From: an uncultured archaeon
Lineage (GTDB): Archaea; Asgardarchaeota; Lokiarchaeia; Sigyniarchaeales; Promethearchaeaceae
Assembly: GCA_964426185.1 (NCBI GenBank)
Contig: CAYRPF010000030.1
Coordinates: 1 to 32,000 of the forward strand
Reading direction: 5' to 3'
Length of the DNA stretch: 32,000 nucleotides
Both the position numbers and the translations under genes were made by a program. Below, piece by piece: positions 15,331 to 23,221 of the stretch. The stretch's first letter is position 1. The number at the start of each line of letters is the position of its first letter. Under the pieces are notes generated by a model. That model was given only the letters and a program-made list of their open reading frames with translations. It was not told where the DNA came from and did not search any database.

Positions 15331-17139
15331 TCAACTTTTTTCATTAACCATAGTGTTTTTTAAAATTTCACCCAGAACTAATCGATCACTTAAAACCTTA
15401 CGAATTTGGACTTTTTGAAAACTTCCAAGATATTCAGCTCCATTTACCACAGAAACTTTCGGTCCTCCTTCAAGTATCCATCCAATGGCATCTTTAGGAT
15501 AATTCCGGTTCATTTCTGATATAAAAACTTTGAAATCTTTCCCAACTATTTGAATTTTTTTCGCTTGATTGAAATGGAGAACTACGCGCTTGATTTGCTT
15601 ATACACTTTCATAAGTTCCTTTGGATGTGGTGAAATCTTTTTTGAAATTTTCCAAAATGGAGAACCAGGAAGTTCTTGGTATTTATATAAAGTAATTTTA
15701 TCCACGTTAAGGACAACAAATCGTTTTATTAAATCTAATGTTTCTTGGGCAAATTTCGGTGTATCGCCCGGTAATGAATGAATAAAATAAACATGTACTC
15801 GAATACCTTTGGCTAAAGCGGATTTAACTACAGAGTATATCACTTCAGGGTGGCTGGGGCGTCCTAAAATGTCTGCAAATTCTGCCGAACCAGTTTCACA
15901 CCCAATAGAAAAAATTGGAGATGGAATTTTACTTAAAATTGATAAAGCTCTGTCCGTACACAGCGAAGCTTTCACATTTTCAAAAAATAATTGCACTTCA
16001 TGATTTTTTATTTTCGGATTTTGAAGTAAACCAGAAATAAGAGTCTCTAAAGCCCTATAATTGGGTTCGGGTTTATTTGGATCAATTAATTCACCTCTTA
16101 TAGTCCTTTCTCTGTAAAAATCTAAGAGATCTGGCCCACCTAATACAATGCGTTTGGCTCCAATCTTAATTAAATAATTGAGTTCACCCAAAATTGCTGA
16201 AATATCCCGCGAAATTACGTTTCCAAATTGAGAAATAGTTGAACAGAATCCACATCCTGGGGGAATCCTTGCTGGACATGAAAGTTGAGTTGTGAAGGGG
16301 TAACCTCTGCAAATAGTACAAGAAACATCTTGGCATTGATTTTCTGAGAATAATGGAAGAGATGTTCTGCGATAATTGGAACACCCTCTTAAACATTCTA
16401 CGTAGATCCGTGCATATGGAAAATCTTTATAATGGATTATTTTTTCAGGAAAACCGTTCCCTTCAATAAACCACTTCTTTACCATTTGATGAATTTCTAA
16501 TCGATTGCTCACTAATGTCCTTTTATTTGTATTGTTTATAATTTGGTTTTTTTCAGCAATATAATAAGTTATGCCAGGAATTTTTGCTAACAGCAAACTT
16601 TTCCAATTATTAGAAGAAAACTTGGTAGAAATCATTTTATCTTCTTTTTCTCTTTCTTCTGCTTTTTCTGTCTTCTCTATTTCTCTCATTTCTTCTGATC
16701 TCGATGTTAATGCCTTTTTTAATATATCGCGATTTTGGTTAAAAAGATAAAAAAGTGCCAACTCTGCTTGCTTAATTACGCTAAAATCTACAGAAATTTG
16801 TTTTAATAAATTTTCATCGGAAGCTGCAGGGCCTCCAATAAAAGAAAGCCGAGAATCAGGGTTGGGATGAAATAACTTCCATTTTCTCAATATTTTTTTT
16901 ACGATTGGAATATCCATAGTCATGGCGGAGAAACCGATAAGCAAATATCTAGCTAATATCTGTGTATCTTCTTGTAAAATATAATCACTTCTCACTATAT
17001 CCCAAAGAATTTCATTATTACTAATTTTCTCCATCAAACCAGCTACAAATCGAGGACCTGACCCAATAAAATCTCGTGTGAACTCTCGAATACCTTTTCC
17101 TGCGGTTAGGCAATCAATAATTAGTCCTCGAATTTCCAT
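15331..17139 (-). CDS. Radical SAM protein with N-terminal B12-binding-like domain and C-terminal TRAM domain
   Basis: 'IGFSAM...IGGP', 'ECLRGC...PPGCGFC', 'SIGCETGS', 'YFIHSLPG', 'LPGSP'; C-terminal 'GSFQKVQIRKV....VLGEIL'. Confidence 0.85.
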   Translation of the reverse strand: MEIRGLIIDCLTAGKGIREFTRDFIGSGPRFVAGLMEKISNNEILWDIVRSDYILQEDTQILARYLLIGFSAMTMDIPIVKKILRKWKLFHPNPDSRLSFIGGPAASDENLLKQISVDFSVIKQAELALFYLFNQNRDILKKALTSRSEEMREIEKTEKAEEREKEDKMISTKFSSNNWKSLLLAKIPGITYYIAEKNQIINNTNKRTLVSNRLEIHQMVKKWFIEGNGFPEKIIHYKDFPYARIYVECLRGCSNYRRTSLPLFSENQCQDVSCTICRGYPFTTQLSCPARIPPGCGFCSTISQFGNVISRDISAILGELNYLIKIGAKRIVLGGPDLLDFYRERTIRGELIDPNKPEPNYRALETLISGLLQNPKIKNHEVQLFFENVKASLCTDRALSILSKIPSPIFSIGCETGSAEFADILGRPSHPEVIYSVVKSALAKGIRVHVYFIHSLPGDTPKFAQETLDLIKRFVVLNVDKITLYKYQELPGSPFWKISKKISPHPKELMKVYKQIKRVVLHFNQAKKIQIVGKDFKVFISEMNRNYPKDAIGWILEGGPKVSVVNGAEYLGSFQKVQIRKVLSDRLVLGEILKNTMVNEKS

Positions 17140-17222
17140 GCCAAATAATAAAGAATAGAATCGTATAAAGATATTTTTTTTCAGCCATTGATTAATTTAA
17201 CCTAGCAAAGGATCTGAACTTA

Positions 17223-17984
17223 ATGGTTATTCCCGATTTAATAAAAAAAGATCTAATTATCACTACAGTAATTCTGATATACTTAACTCTTACGATTTTT
17301 ATTCCCAAAATCCTCAAAGAGAAAAATATTATTTCAAAATACTCAGCAAGGAAAATTATACATAGTTTTTCGGGATTAGCTATTCTTATCACACCCTATT
17401 TAACTTATACCATAATTGCTGCTATAATTGCCCTCTTAATGACTTTTTTAACGCGGGAAAGTAAAGATAAAAGTAAGGCTAAACCTTTAAGAGAATTGTT
17501 TGCTGCAATCAGCGAAGAAGAAGAGTTAAAACTCGGATATCTTCAAGGTCCATTCGCTTATTGTCTTTCTATTACTGTTTTGATGTTTACATTTACTTTT
17601 TTTCCTTCAAAATTCTATTTTCCGATAAGTGCCATTTTAATTATGATGTTTGCAGACACTTCCGCTTCATTTATTGGAAGAAAATATGGAAAACATCATA
17701 TTTATATCTCCTGGGTTGGAACAAAAAGAACGATTGAGGGAAGTGTTACCTTTTTTACGGTCGCTTTGGCTTGTTCTTTGATTTCCTTTTTCTTTTACGG
17801 TCGTTGGTTTGTGGGACATTCTTCTCCTCTTAATTTATCAGAAATTTTATTATATAGTTTTACAGTAAGTGTATTTTCTACAATATTAGAGTTAATTAGC
17901 CCTTCAAAATATGATGATTTGATTATACCTTTAGGATCGACGATATTTTTAGTAATATTAGCCCTAATTTGTCATATATGGTAA
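17223..17984 (+). CDS. CTP-dependent isoprenoid alcohol kinase family (phytol/dolichol kinase-like) membrane protein
   Basis: Multi-TM; 'RKIIH', 'ADTSASFIGRKYG', 'KRTIEGS', 'DDLIIP'. Confidence 0.88.
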   Translation: MVIPDLIKKDLIITTVILIYLTLTIFIPKILKEKNIISKYSARKIIHSFSGLAILITPYLTYTIIAAIIALLMTFLTRESKDKSKAKPLRELFAAISEEEELKLGYLQGPFAYCLSITVLMFTFTFFPSKFYFPISAILIMMFADTSASFIGRKYGKHHIYISWVGTKRTIEGSVTFFTVALACSLISFFFYGRWFVGHSSPLNLSEILLYSFTVSVFSTILELISPSKYDDLIIPLGSTIFLVILALICHIW

Positions 17985-18082
17985 TGAATTCACAATTTTT
18001 GTTATTTACTGCCAATTTTAAAATTAAAAAATTTTTAATTTTTTAATGACTTAGACTTCCATAACATAATGGAGATGAAAGT

Positions 18083-18736
18083 ATGAACAGTGAAAATGAA
18101 TCCAAAACACAAAAACAAAAATTTGTGTTCAATTGTACTAAATGTGGCACTTGTTGTGCCGATCGCGGTCCTATTCCCTTAGTTATGAGCGATTTGATTA
18201 GGTGGGCGAAAAATAAAGTAGTAGCAAACATGATGCCCTATTTGAAATTCATTAAAACTCCTCAAGGCACTGTAGATTTAGTATTGGGAAGGAAAGACTT
18301 AGATCCTTACGCCTTTTTAAAAAAGGATCAAAAAGATAAAAAGAAAGAGAAAGATGAAGCCCGTTCTTGTCCTTTTTATAATAAAGAAAAAAAGGAATGC
18401 CTAATTTATTCCAACCGACCTTTGAGCTGCCGTACTTATCCGTTAGAATATGATGGAAAGAAGTTCTTAGTAGTCAATACTGATACTTGTCCTGGAATTG
18501 GTAATGGAGAAATGACAAAAGAAGCAAAGTTAGAAATGCGCGACTTAGCTAAACAAATGAATAAAGAATTAACTGAAATGAGAATAGCTATGCCCATTCT
18601 ATCCCAAGCATTTCAACCATTTATAATTCAAGAATTAATGGAAGCTCAACAGAAATTTATGAAAGAATTGGAAAAAATGCCACCAGAAGAACGCGAGCGA
18701 ATTGAAAAAGAAATGATGAAACAACAAATGAAATAG
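18083..18736 (+). CDS. YkgJ family CxxCxxCC cysteine-cluster protein
   Basis: 'FNCTKCGTCC', 'CPFY.....CLIYSNRPLSCRTYP', 'CPGIG'; E/M/Q-rich helical tail. Confidence 0.88.
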   Translation: MNSENESKTQKQKFVFNCTKCGTCCADRGPIPLVMSDLIRWAKNKVVANMMPYLKFIKTPQGTVDLVLGRKDLDPYAFLKKDQKDKKKEKDEARSCPFYNKEKKECLIYSNRPLSCRTYPLEYDGKKFLVVNTDTCPGIGNGEMTKEAKLEMRDLAKQMNKELTEMRIAMPILSQAFQPFIIQELMEAQQKFMKELEKMPPEERERIEKEMMKQQMK

Positions 18737-18748
18737 AATAAATCATTT

Positions 18749-19867
18749 TCATATAATTTTCCAAGCCGCTTTGCGAAGACGATTCATCACAGCAAGCCCT
18801 GAAAAATCTTCTGTTATGCCTTCAATAATAATGAACTGAACTTGAAGATTATCTAGTTTTCGAAGCGCCCAGAAAATTTTCTGAGCAATATAGGCATATT
18901 TTGCTTTTTTCTCTTCTTGATTATTAATTAATTCATCATCAGAATAATGCGTTAAATCTATGAAAGAATCTCCCAATAAATCTAACTGCTGGGAATTTAA
19001 ATGAATTTCATCGCTGGTATGAATATAACCTATTTTTCCTTGAATAGAGTATTCTTTGATTAAATCGTGTATATGAGTTTTCGGAATTACTTGTGAATTT
19101 TCTATTAAAATAACGCGCGCTTTAGGGGAATAATGCCGATATTTTAGTCCAGGTGTACTGGGGGGTTTTTTCTTTAATTCTTGGTTTTTATAATGTTTCT
19201 CATATATTTTTAAATTTGGAAGGTATTTTTTCAAATCTTCGTAGTTCACTCCACCAGGGCGTAAAATCAAGGGAGGATTACGATGGACATCTAAAACTGT
19301 TGATTCTACACCAACTGGACAGCTTCCTCCATCAATAATAAGAGGTATTTTTCCTTCAAAATCATTTTTTACATGTGCTGCAGTTGTAGGGCTTGGTCTA
19401 CCTGATATATTAGCACTTGGGGCGGCAATTGGAATTTTAGAAAGAGAGATTAAGCGCAGTGCTATGGGATTCTGAGGCATTCTTACAGCAACTGTAGGTA
19501 ATCCTGCAGTAACGCAATCCGGAATTTTCTTATTTCTTAAGAATAAAATTGTAAGTGGTCCTGGCCAGAAAACATTGCATAATTTACGAATTTCTTCGGG
19601 AATTTCCTTAACGATGGTTTCTAACATCTCCATTGACTCAATATGAACAATTAAGGGATTATCCAATGGTCTTCCTTTTGCAATATATATTTTATTAATT
19701 GCTTTCTCAGAAAGAGCAGATGCACCTAAACCATATACAGTCTCTGTTGGAAATGCTACAATCCCCTCATTTTGCAAAATCTCAACGGCTTCATGCAATT
19801 GGCGATTTTCAAAATGAGAAGGATCGATTGAAATAATTTTGGTGCTTATCTGACTTGAGTCCATCAT
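18749..19867 (-). CDS. sua5: Threonylcarbamoyl-AMP synthase Sua5
   Basis: 'VAFPTETVYGLG', 'KGRPLDNPLIVH', 'AAPSANISGRPSPT', 'PGLKYRHYSP', 'MNRLRKAA'. Confidence 0.97.
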   Translation of the reverse strand: MMDSSQISTKIISIDPSHFENRQLHEAVEILQNEGIVAFPTETVYGLGASALSEKAINKIYIAKGRPLDNPLIVHIESMEMLETIVKEIPEEIRKLCNVFWPGPLTILFLRNKKIPDCVTAGLPTVAVRMPQNPIALRLISLSKIPIAAPSANISGRPSPTTAAHVKNDFEGKIPLIIDGGSCPVGVESTVLDVHRNPPLILRPGGVNYEDLKKYLPNLKIYEKHYKNQELKKKPPSTPGLKYRHYSPKARVILIENSQVIPKTHIHDLIKEYSIQGKIGYIHTSDEIHLNSQQLDLLGDSFIDLTHYSDDELINNQEEKKAKYAYIAQKIFWALRKLDNLQVQFIIIEGITEDFSGLAVMNRLRKAAWKII

Positions 19868-19909
19868 TAGAATTAATTATTACACATTAGAATTAATTAT
19901 TACGCATTA
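19865..19909. repeat. 20-bp tandem duplication (2.25 copies) at the sua5 start
   Basis: CATTAGAATTAATTATTACA, CATTAGAATTAATTATTACG, CATTA. Confidence 0.9.
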
Positions 19910-19934
19910 TAAATACTTAGAAACAAATTAAAAA

Positions 19935-20231
19935 TTACAAGTTTGTGGGAGAATTAATTAAATTAATTCCTAAAATGTTGGAAATAATCCAAACCACATA
20001 AAATAGAAGAAAACTGATAAAAACCTTGGTAATAAAAGTGGATGTTTTTATCTCAGAATTAATTTTTTGGAAAAATGCCGTAAAAAAACTAAAAACACCC
20101 AAAAAAATTAAAACCCATAATAGAATAACAACATAATGATCAATTCGACTTAGAAAATCAATCATCAAGTCCGTAAAATTCTCAAAAAGACCTAAAAAAA
20201 CCCATATTTGAATATTATAATACGAATTCAT
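19935..20231 (-). CDS. Small membrane protein (2-3 TM), unknown function
   Basis: 98 aa, hydrophobic F/I/L/V stretches, fills an intergenic gap. Confidence 0.6.
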   Translation of the reverse strand: MNSYYNIQIWVFLGLFENFTDLMIDFLSRIDHYVVILLWVLIFLGVFSFFTAFFQKINSEIKTSTFITKVFISFLLFYVVWIISNILGINLINSPTNL

Positions 20232-20278
20232 CTACAGAATCTACTAATAAAAAACATAAAAAGATCTAATAAATTAAG

Positions 20279-20294
20279 GTTGCTAATTAGCAAC
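20279..20294. promoter_or_regulatory. Perfect 16-bp palindrome, putative operator
   Basis: GTTGCTAATTAGCAAC, 48 bp upstream of the 20231 start; related copies at 20888 and 20909. Confidence 0.6.
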
Positions 20295-20303
20295 AGTTAA
20301 AAA

Positions 20304-20765
20304 TTATATTGTAGCAAGAATTTGATCTAATTTGTGTGAATCTTTTTCACGTAATTTTTCTATTTTTGAATAAATTTTATCAATTGACTCTATATCCTCA
20401 ACAGATTTTACTCTTTGCCATACTTCTGATATTGTCTCTAGCTCAGGATAATTGGGTAAATAGTTATCTATGTATGCAATTTTTTCTTGAATACTCTTTT
20501 CTAATTTATCAGCCGCACGTTTCCGAACGCTAATAATTTTATCCCATTTTCCATCATCTCGTAATTCTTTTTCGTGTTTTTCCAAATACTCATCAATCAT
20601 TTTTTCTACTAACACCGATTTACGATTTGATCGAACTTTATCAGGAGTATCATCAGCCAGGATATCTAAAATCTCGGAATATTTGGTAGTTAATGTAATC
20701 CAAATTTTCTGGGAATCTTTTTCTGAATTGCTGGATTGGGATTTGGATTTTTGAGTTCCTGGCAT
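20304..20765 (-). CDS. Putative ribbon-helix-helix regulator with C-terminal helical domain
   Basis: 'KIWITLTTKYSEILDILA.......RKSVLVEKMIDEYL' fits RHH/CopG. Confidence 0.65.
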   Translation of the reverse strand: MPGTQKSKSQSSNSEKDSQKIWITLTTKYSEILDILADDTPDKVRSNRKSVLVEKMIDEYLEKHEKELRDDGKWDKIISVRKRAADKLEKSIQEKIAYIDNYLPNYPELETISEVWQRVKSVEDIESIDKIYSKIEKLREKDSHKLDQILATI

Positions 20766-20797
20766 TCTTTCTTCTTTCCTATAATTTGTTAATTATT

Positions 20798-20844
20798 AAT
20801 ACGATAATAACCGAATTAAATCATATCAATACGATAATAACCGA
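20798..20844. promoter_or_regulatory. Two perfect 17-bp direct repeats, 30-bp period, putative operator
   Basis: AATACGATAATAACCGA at 20798-20814 and 20828-20844, between a minus-strand TATATAAA (20849-20856) and the RHH start. Confidence 0.65.
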
Positions 20845-20887
20845 CATATTTATATATGCAACACACCTATATAAAGATAATGATTGA

Positions 20888-20924
20888 GTTGCTTATTAGT
20901 AGCTAATTGTTGCTAATAAGATAC
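20888..20924. promoter_or_regulatory. Two degenerate copies of the 16-bp palindrome, 21-bp period
   Basis: GTTGCTTATTAGTAGC (20888-20903) and GTTGCTAATAAGATAC (20909-20924), each a 13/16 match, just downstream of TATATAAA (20868-20875). Confidence 0.55.
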
Positions 20925-20999
20925 AAGTTAAAATTATTGATATTTTTGTCTATAATTTTAACATCAACTCATGAATTATTACAACAAGTGGATGTCATT

Positions 21000-21245
21000 A
21001 TGGTAGATTTAGCAAAATTTGAGGATGGTATGATTTTTAGTCCATTACAAAAAGAATTGTTAGAAGTCTTAGAAAAAAATGGTCCAATGACCAGAGCTGA
21101 ATTGGTTAAGCGTGTGAAATCTCCCCGAACAACAATTTATGATAATTTAATGCGCTTAAACAACTATAATTTAATTAAAAAATTCTCTCGACCGACCAAC
21201 TCTCGAGGACGTCCCATGGTATTTTTCAAGTTAGTTGAGGAATAA
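21000..21245 (+). CDS. Small TrmB-like winged helix-turn-helix regulator
   Basis: 'LLEVLEKNGPMTRAELVKRVKSPRTTIYDNLMRL...LIKK......GRP'. ATG at 21000 is preferred over TTG 20907. Confidence 0.85.
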   Translation: MVDLAKFEDGMIFSPLQKELLEVLEKNGPMTRAELVKRVKSPRTTIYDNLMRLNNYNLIKKFSRPTNSRGRPMVFFKLVEE

Positions 21246-21299
21246 CCTTTTTTTATTTTTAAAATTCTTTATAAAATCTTATGTGAATCAGACAGAGAT

Positions 21300-21551
21300 G
21301 TGATCATGGGCTACTTAAAATCCTTTCCTGAAAAAAGCAATTTTTCTGAAGAAATTAAAAGCTGCAGAAAAATTATTGAAAAAGCACCTTACAATTTTTA
21401 TGACCATTTAATTAAGCCCATGCAGCAATCATTAATTGACAATTATCATTCTCTACGGAAATCTTATATTAAGAAAATAATGCAAAATGAATTTCGGTTC
21501 CACTTGAAAAATAGCTTACCTAAGTATTTTCAAGAAAATAGTTCCCGATAA
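21300..21551 (+). CDS. Hypothetical protein
   Basis: 83-aa ORF co-oriented with the wHTH gene; no recognisable motif. Confidence 0.45.
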   Translation: MIMGYLKSFPEKSNFSEEIKSCRKIIEKAPYNFYDHLIKPMQQSLIDNYHSLRKSYIKKIMQNEFRFHLKNSLPKYFQENSSR

Positions 21552-21739
21552 TGAGTATGATTTCCATTGGAAAATTTTTTTTAATTTAATTTTTGCTGAG
21601 ATTTTATGAATGGGAAGCTAATAATATTTAAAAATAAGAAAGTAAGCTATTAATGGGGATTGAATTTTTCTATTTAATTAAATAATAATAAAATATTTTG
21701 AACTTTTTTATTTTCCAATGGAAATAGCTCTCTCATTAT
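21548..21739. repeat. Inverted-repeat-bounded AT-rich segment (MITE-like or paired operator sites)
   Basis: ATTTCCATTGGAAAAT 21560-21575 vs ATTTTCCAATGGAAAT 21710-21725 (perfect 16-bp IR); outer ATAATGAG 21548-21555/CTCATTAT 21732-21739. Confidence 0.55.
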
Positions 21740-21777
21740 TAAAAAGCTGTGTTTAAGGTAAAAATTATTTCTTCAGT

Positions 21778-22098
21778 TTACTTTTTCGGTTTTAATAAAA
21801 TTTTGGCTTTTTTTGTTAAATAAAATTGAGTTTTAGAAGAAAAACCTGAACATGCAGAGATAGATCTAAATGGACAACCTTCACAACCCATCCCACATTT
21901 TAGAAAATCAATATTGTTACTCTCTGATTTAGTAGTAGTTTTAATAAATCCTTGAATAAACAAGAAATCGATTAGTTTCCCTGCTTGTTCTTGTTTGATT
22001 TTAATATTTTTTGCAATAATTATTGGAGAAACAATACCATAATCTTGGATAATCTTGAGGGCAGCAATTTGGTTGGTTTTGTTTAATACTGTATTCAT
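21778..22098 (-). CDS. FeoC-like winged-helix protein with Cys cluster in the wing
   Basis: wHTH pattern 'IIQDYGIVSPIIIAKNIKI....AGKLIDFLFIQGFIK', then 'CGMGCEGCP......C' and 'FYLTKKAK'. Confidence 0.65.
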   Translation of the reverse strand: MNTVLNKTNQIAALKIIQDYGIVSPIIIAKNIKIKQEQAGKLIDFLFIQGFIKTTTKSESNNIDFLKCGMGCEGCPFRSISACSGFSSKTQFYLTKKAKILLKPKK

Positions 22099-23114
22099 TT
22101 TTTTACCTTTTTTAGCATTTCGGAAAATTTCATAATATCATTTTGATTTCGAAATTGTTTGGCTGCATTTATTCGTTTCTTAATTATTTTTTGCAGTTTA
22201 ATGATTATTTTTAATTTTTCTGTTTGATATTGATTTCCAGATTGAGAAAATTCTTTCTTAAATTCTTGTAATTTGTCTTGTAATTCCTTAATTTCCTGAA
22301 CATCTTTCCCTCGCTTAGCATTGTATTTTTGCTTTCTGGTTTTTTTTTGTAAGATCATTGCAGCAGAAATATATTCTCTGTTTTTAATTTTCTTAGCAAT
22401 TTTAAGAAGTTTTTGGCATTTTTTTTCAATTCTTTCGATATATTTTAAAACTTGTTCATTTTCTTCTTCTTTTAACATTTTTTCCATTTGTTCTTGAATT
22501 TGTATGATATTTTTTCTTAATTTTGAAAAGCTATCAGTTTGTAAATTAATCAGTTGCTCAAATTCTGCAAGTTGATTGATTTCTTTCCTTTCTTTTTTCA
22601 AAACTTTGTAATAGCGGTAGGTCAATAAAGATAACGTTATTAATGATATAATATTTAGTAGAAAGAATGTATTGCTATTATAATAGAATCGCCATGATGA
22701 AACTAATATTATTTGAAAAGCCAAATCAGCAATGATAAAAATCCCGAATTGTTGATATGTAAGAAGTATATTGGATACCTTTTTGTCAAAGAGTTTTAGA
22801 ATTTCTTCAGGATAAAATAAAATAATCCCAATCGAAATGATAATCCCGAGTTGATAAATAGTTAGAATTATGTAATTTACTAAAATCTGAGGAATTTTGA
22901 ATAATAATGAATTAAAAATTAGAAAGATGATAGTAATAATTGGAATACTAATAATTATGTTAAATTGTCGCTTGTAATCTTCGTCCTCAAAAACCTCATC
23001 TTTTTTCCGTTTGATAAGGTTAATAATACCAGAAATAATAGCATATAAAAATAAGAATATAAAATTAAAACCCCAAAAAAGCGCAATAAATGCGTGAATT
23101 CTTTTTTTTTTCAT
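22095..23114 (-). CDS. Membrane protein (about 5 TM) with C-terminal Lys/Gln-rich helical domain
   Basis: 339 aa; hydrophobic N-half, charged helical C-half; ATGA overlap with the downstream gene. Confidence 0.75.
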   Translation of the reverse strand: MKKKRIHAFIALFWGFNFIFLFLYAIISGIINLIKRKKDEVFEDEDYKRQFNIIISIPIITIIFLIFNSLLFKIPQILVNYIILTIYQLGIIISIGIILFYPEEILKLFDKKVSNILLTYQQFGIFIIADLAFQIILVSSWRFYYNSNTFFLLNIISLITLSLLTYRYYKVLKKERKEINQLAEFEQLINLQTDSFSKLRKNIIQIQEQMEKMLKEEENEQVLKYIERIEKKCQKLLKIAKKIKNREYISAAMILQKKTRKQKYNAKRGKDVQEIKELQDKLQEFKKEFSQSGNQYQTEKLKIIIKLQKIIKKRINAAKQFRNQNDIMKFSEMLKKVKK

Positions 23115-23221
23115 TATAAATCAACTTAAATAACTTAAAGGTGATAATCCAATTAAATTCATCCACATCCAAGAAAGCAAAGCAAGAACTTATAAGTACT
23201 TGGGATACCACATTTTATACA

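Noticed and set aside
20798-20844. Mini-CRISPR interpretation of the direct repeats
   Set aside because: Only two 17-bp repeats with a 13-bp spacer and no cas genes.
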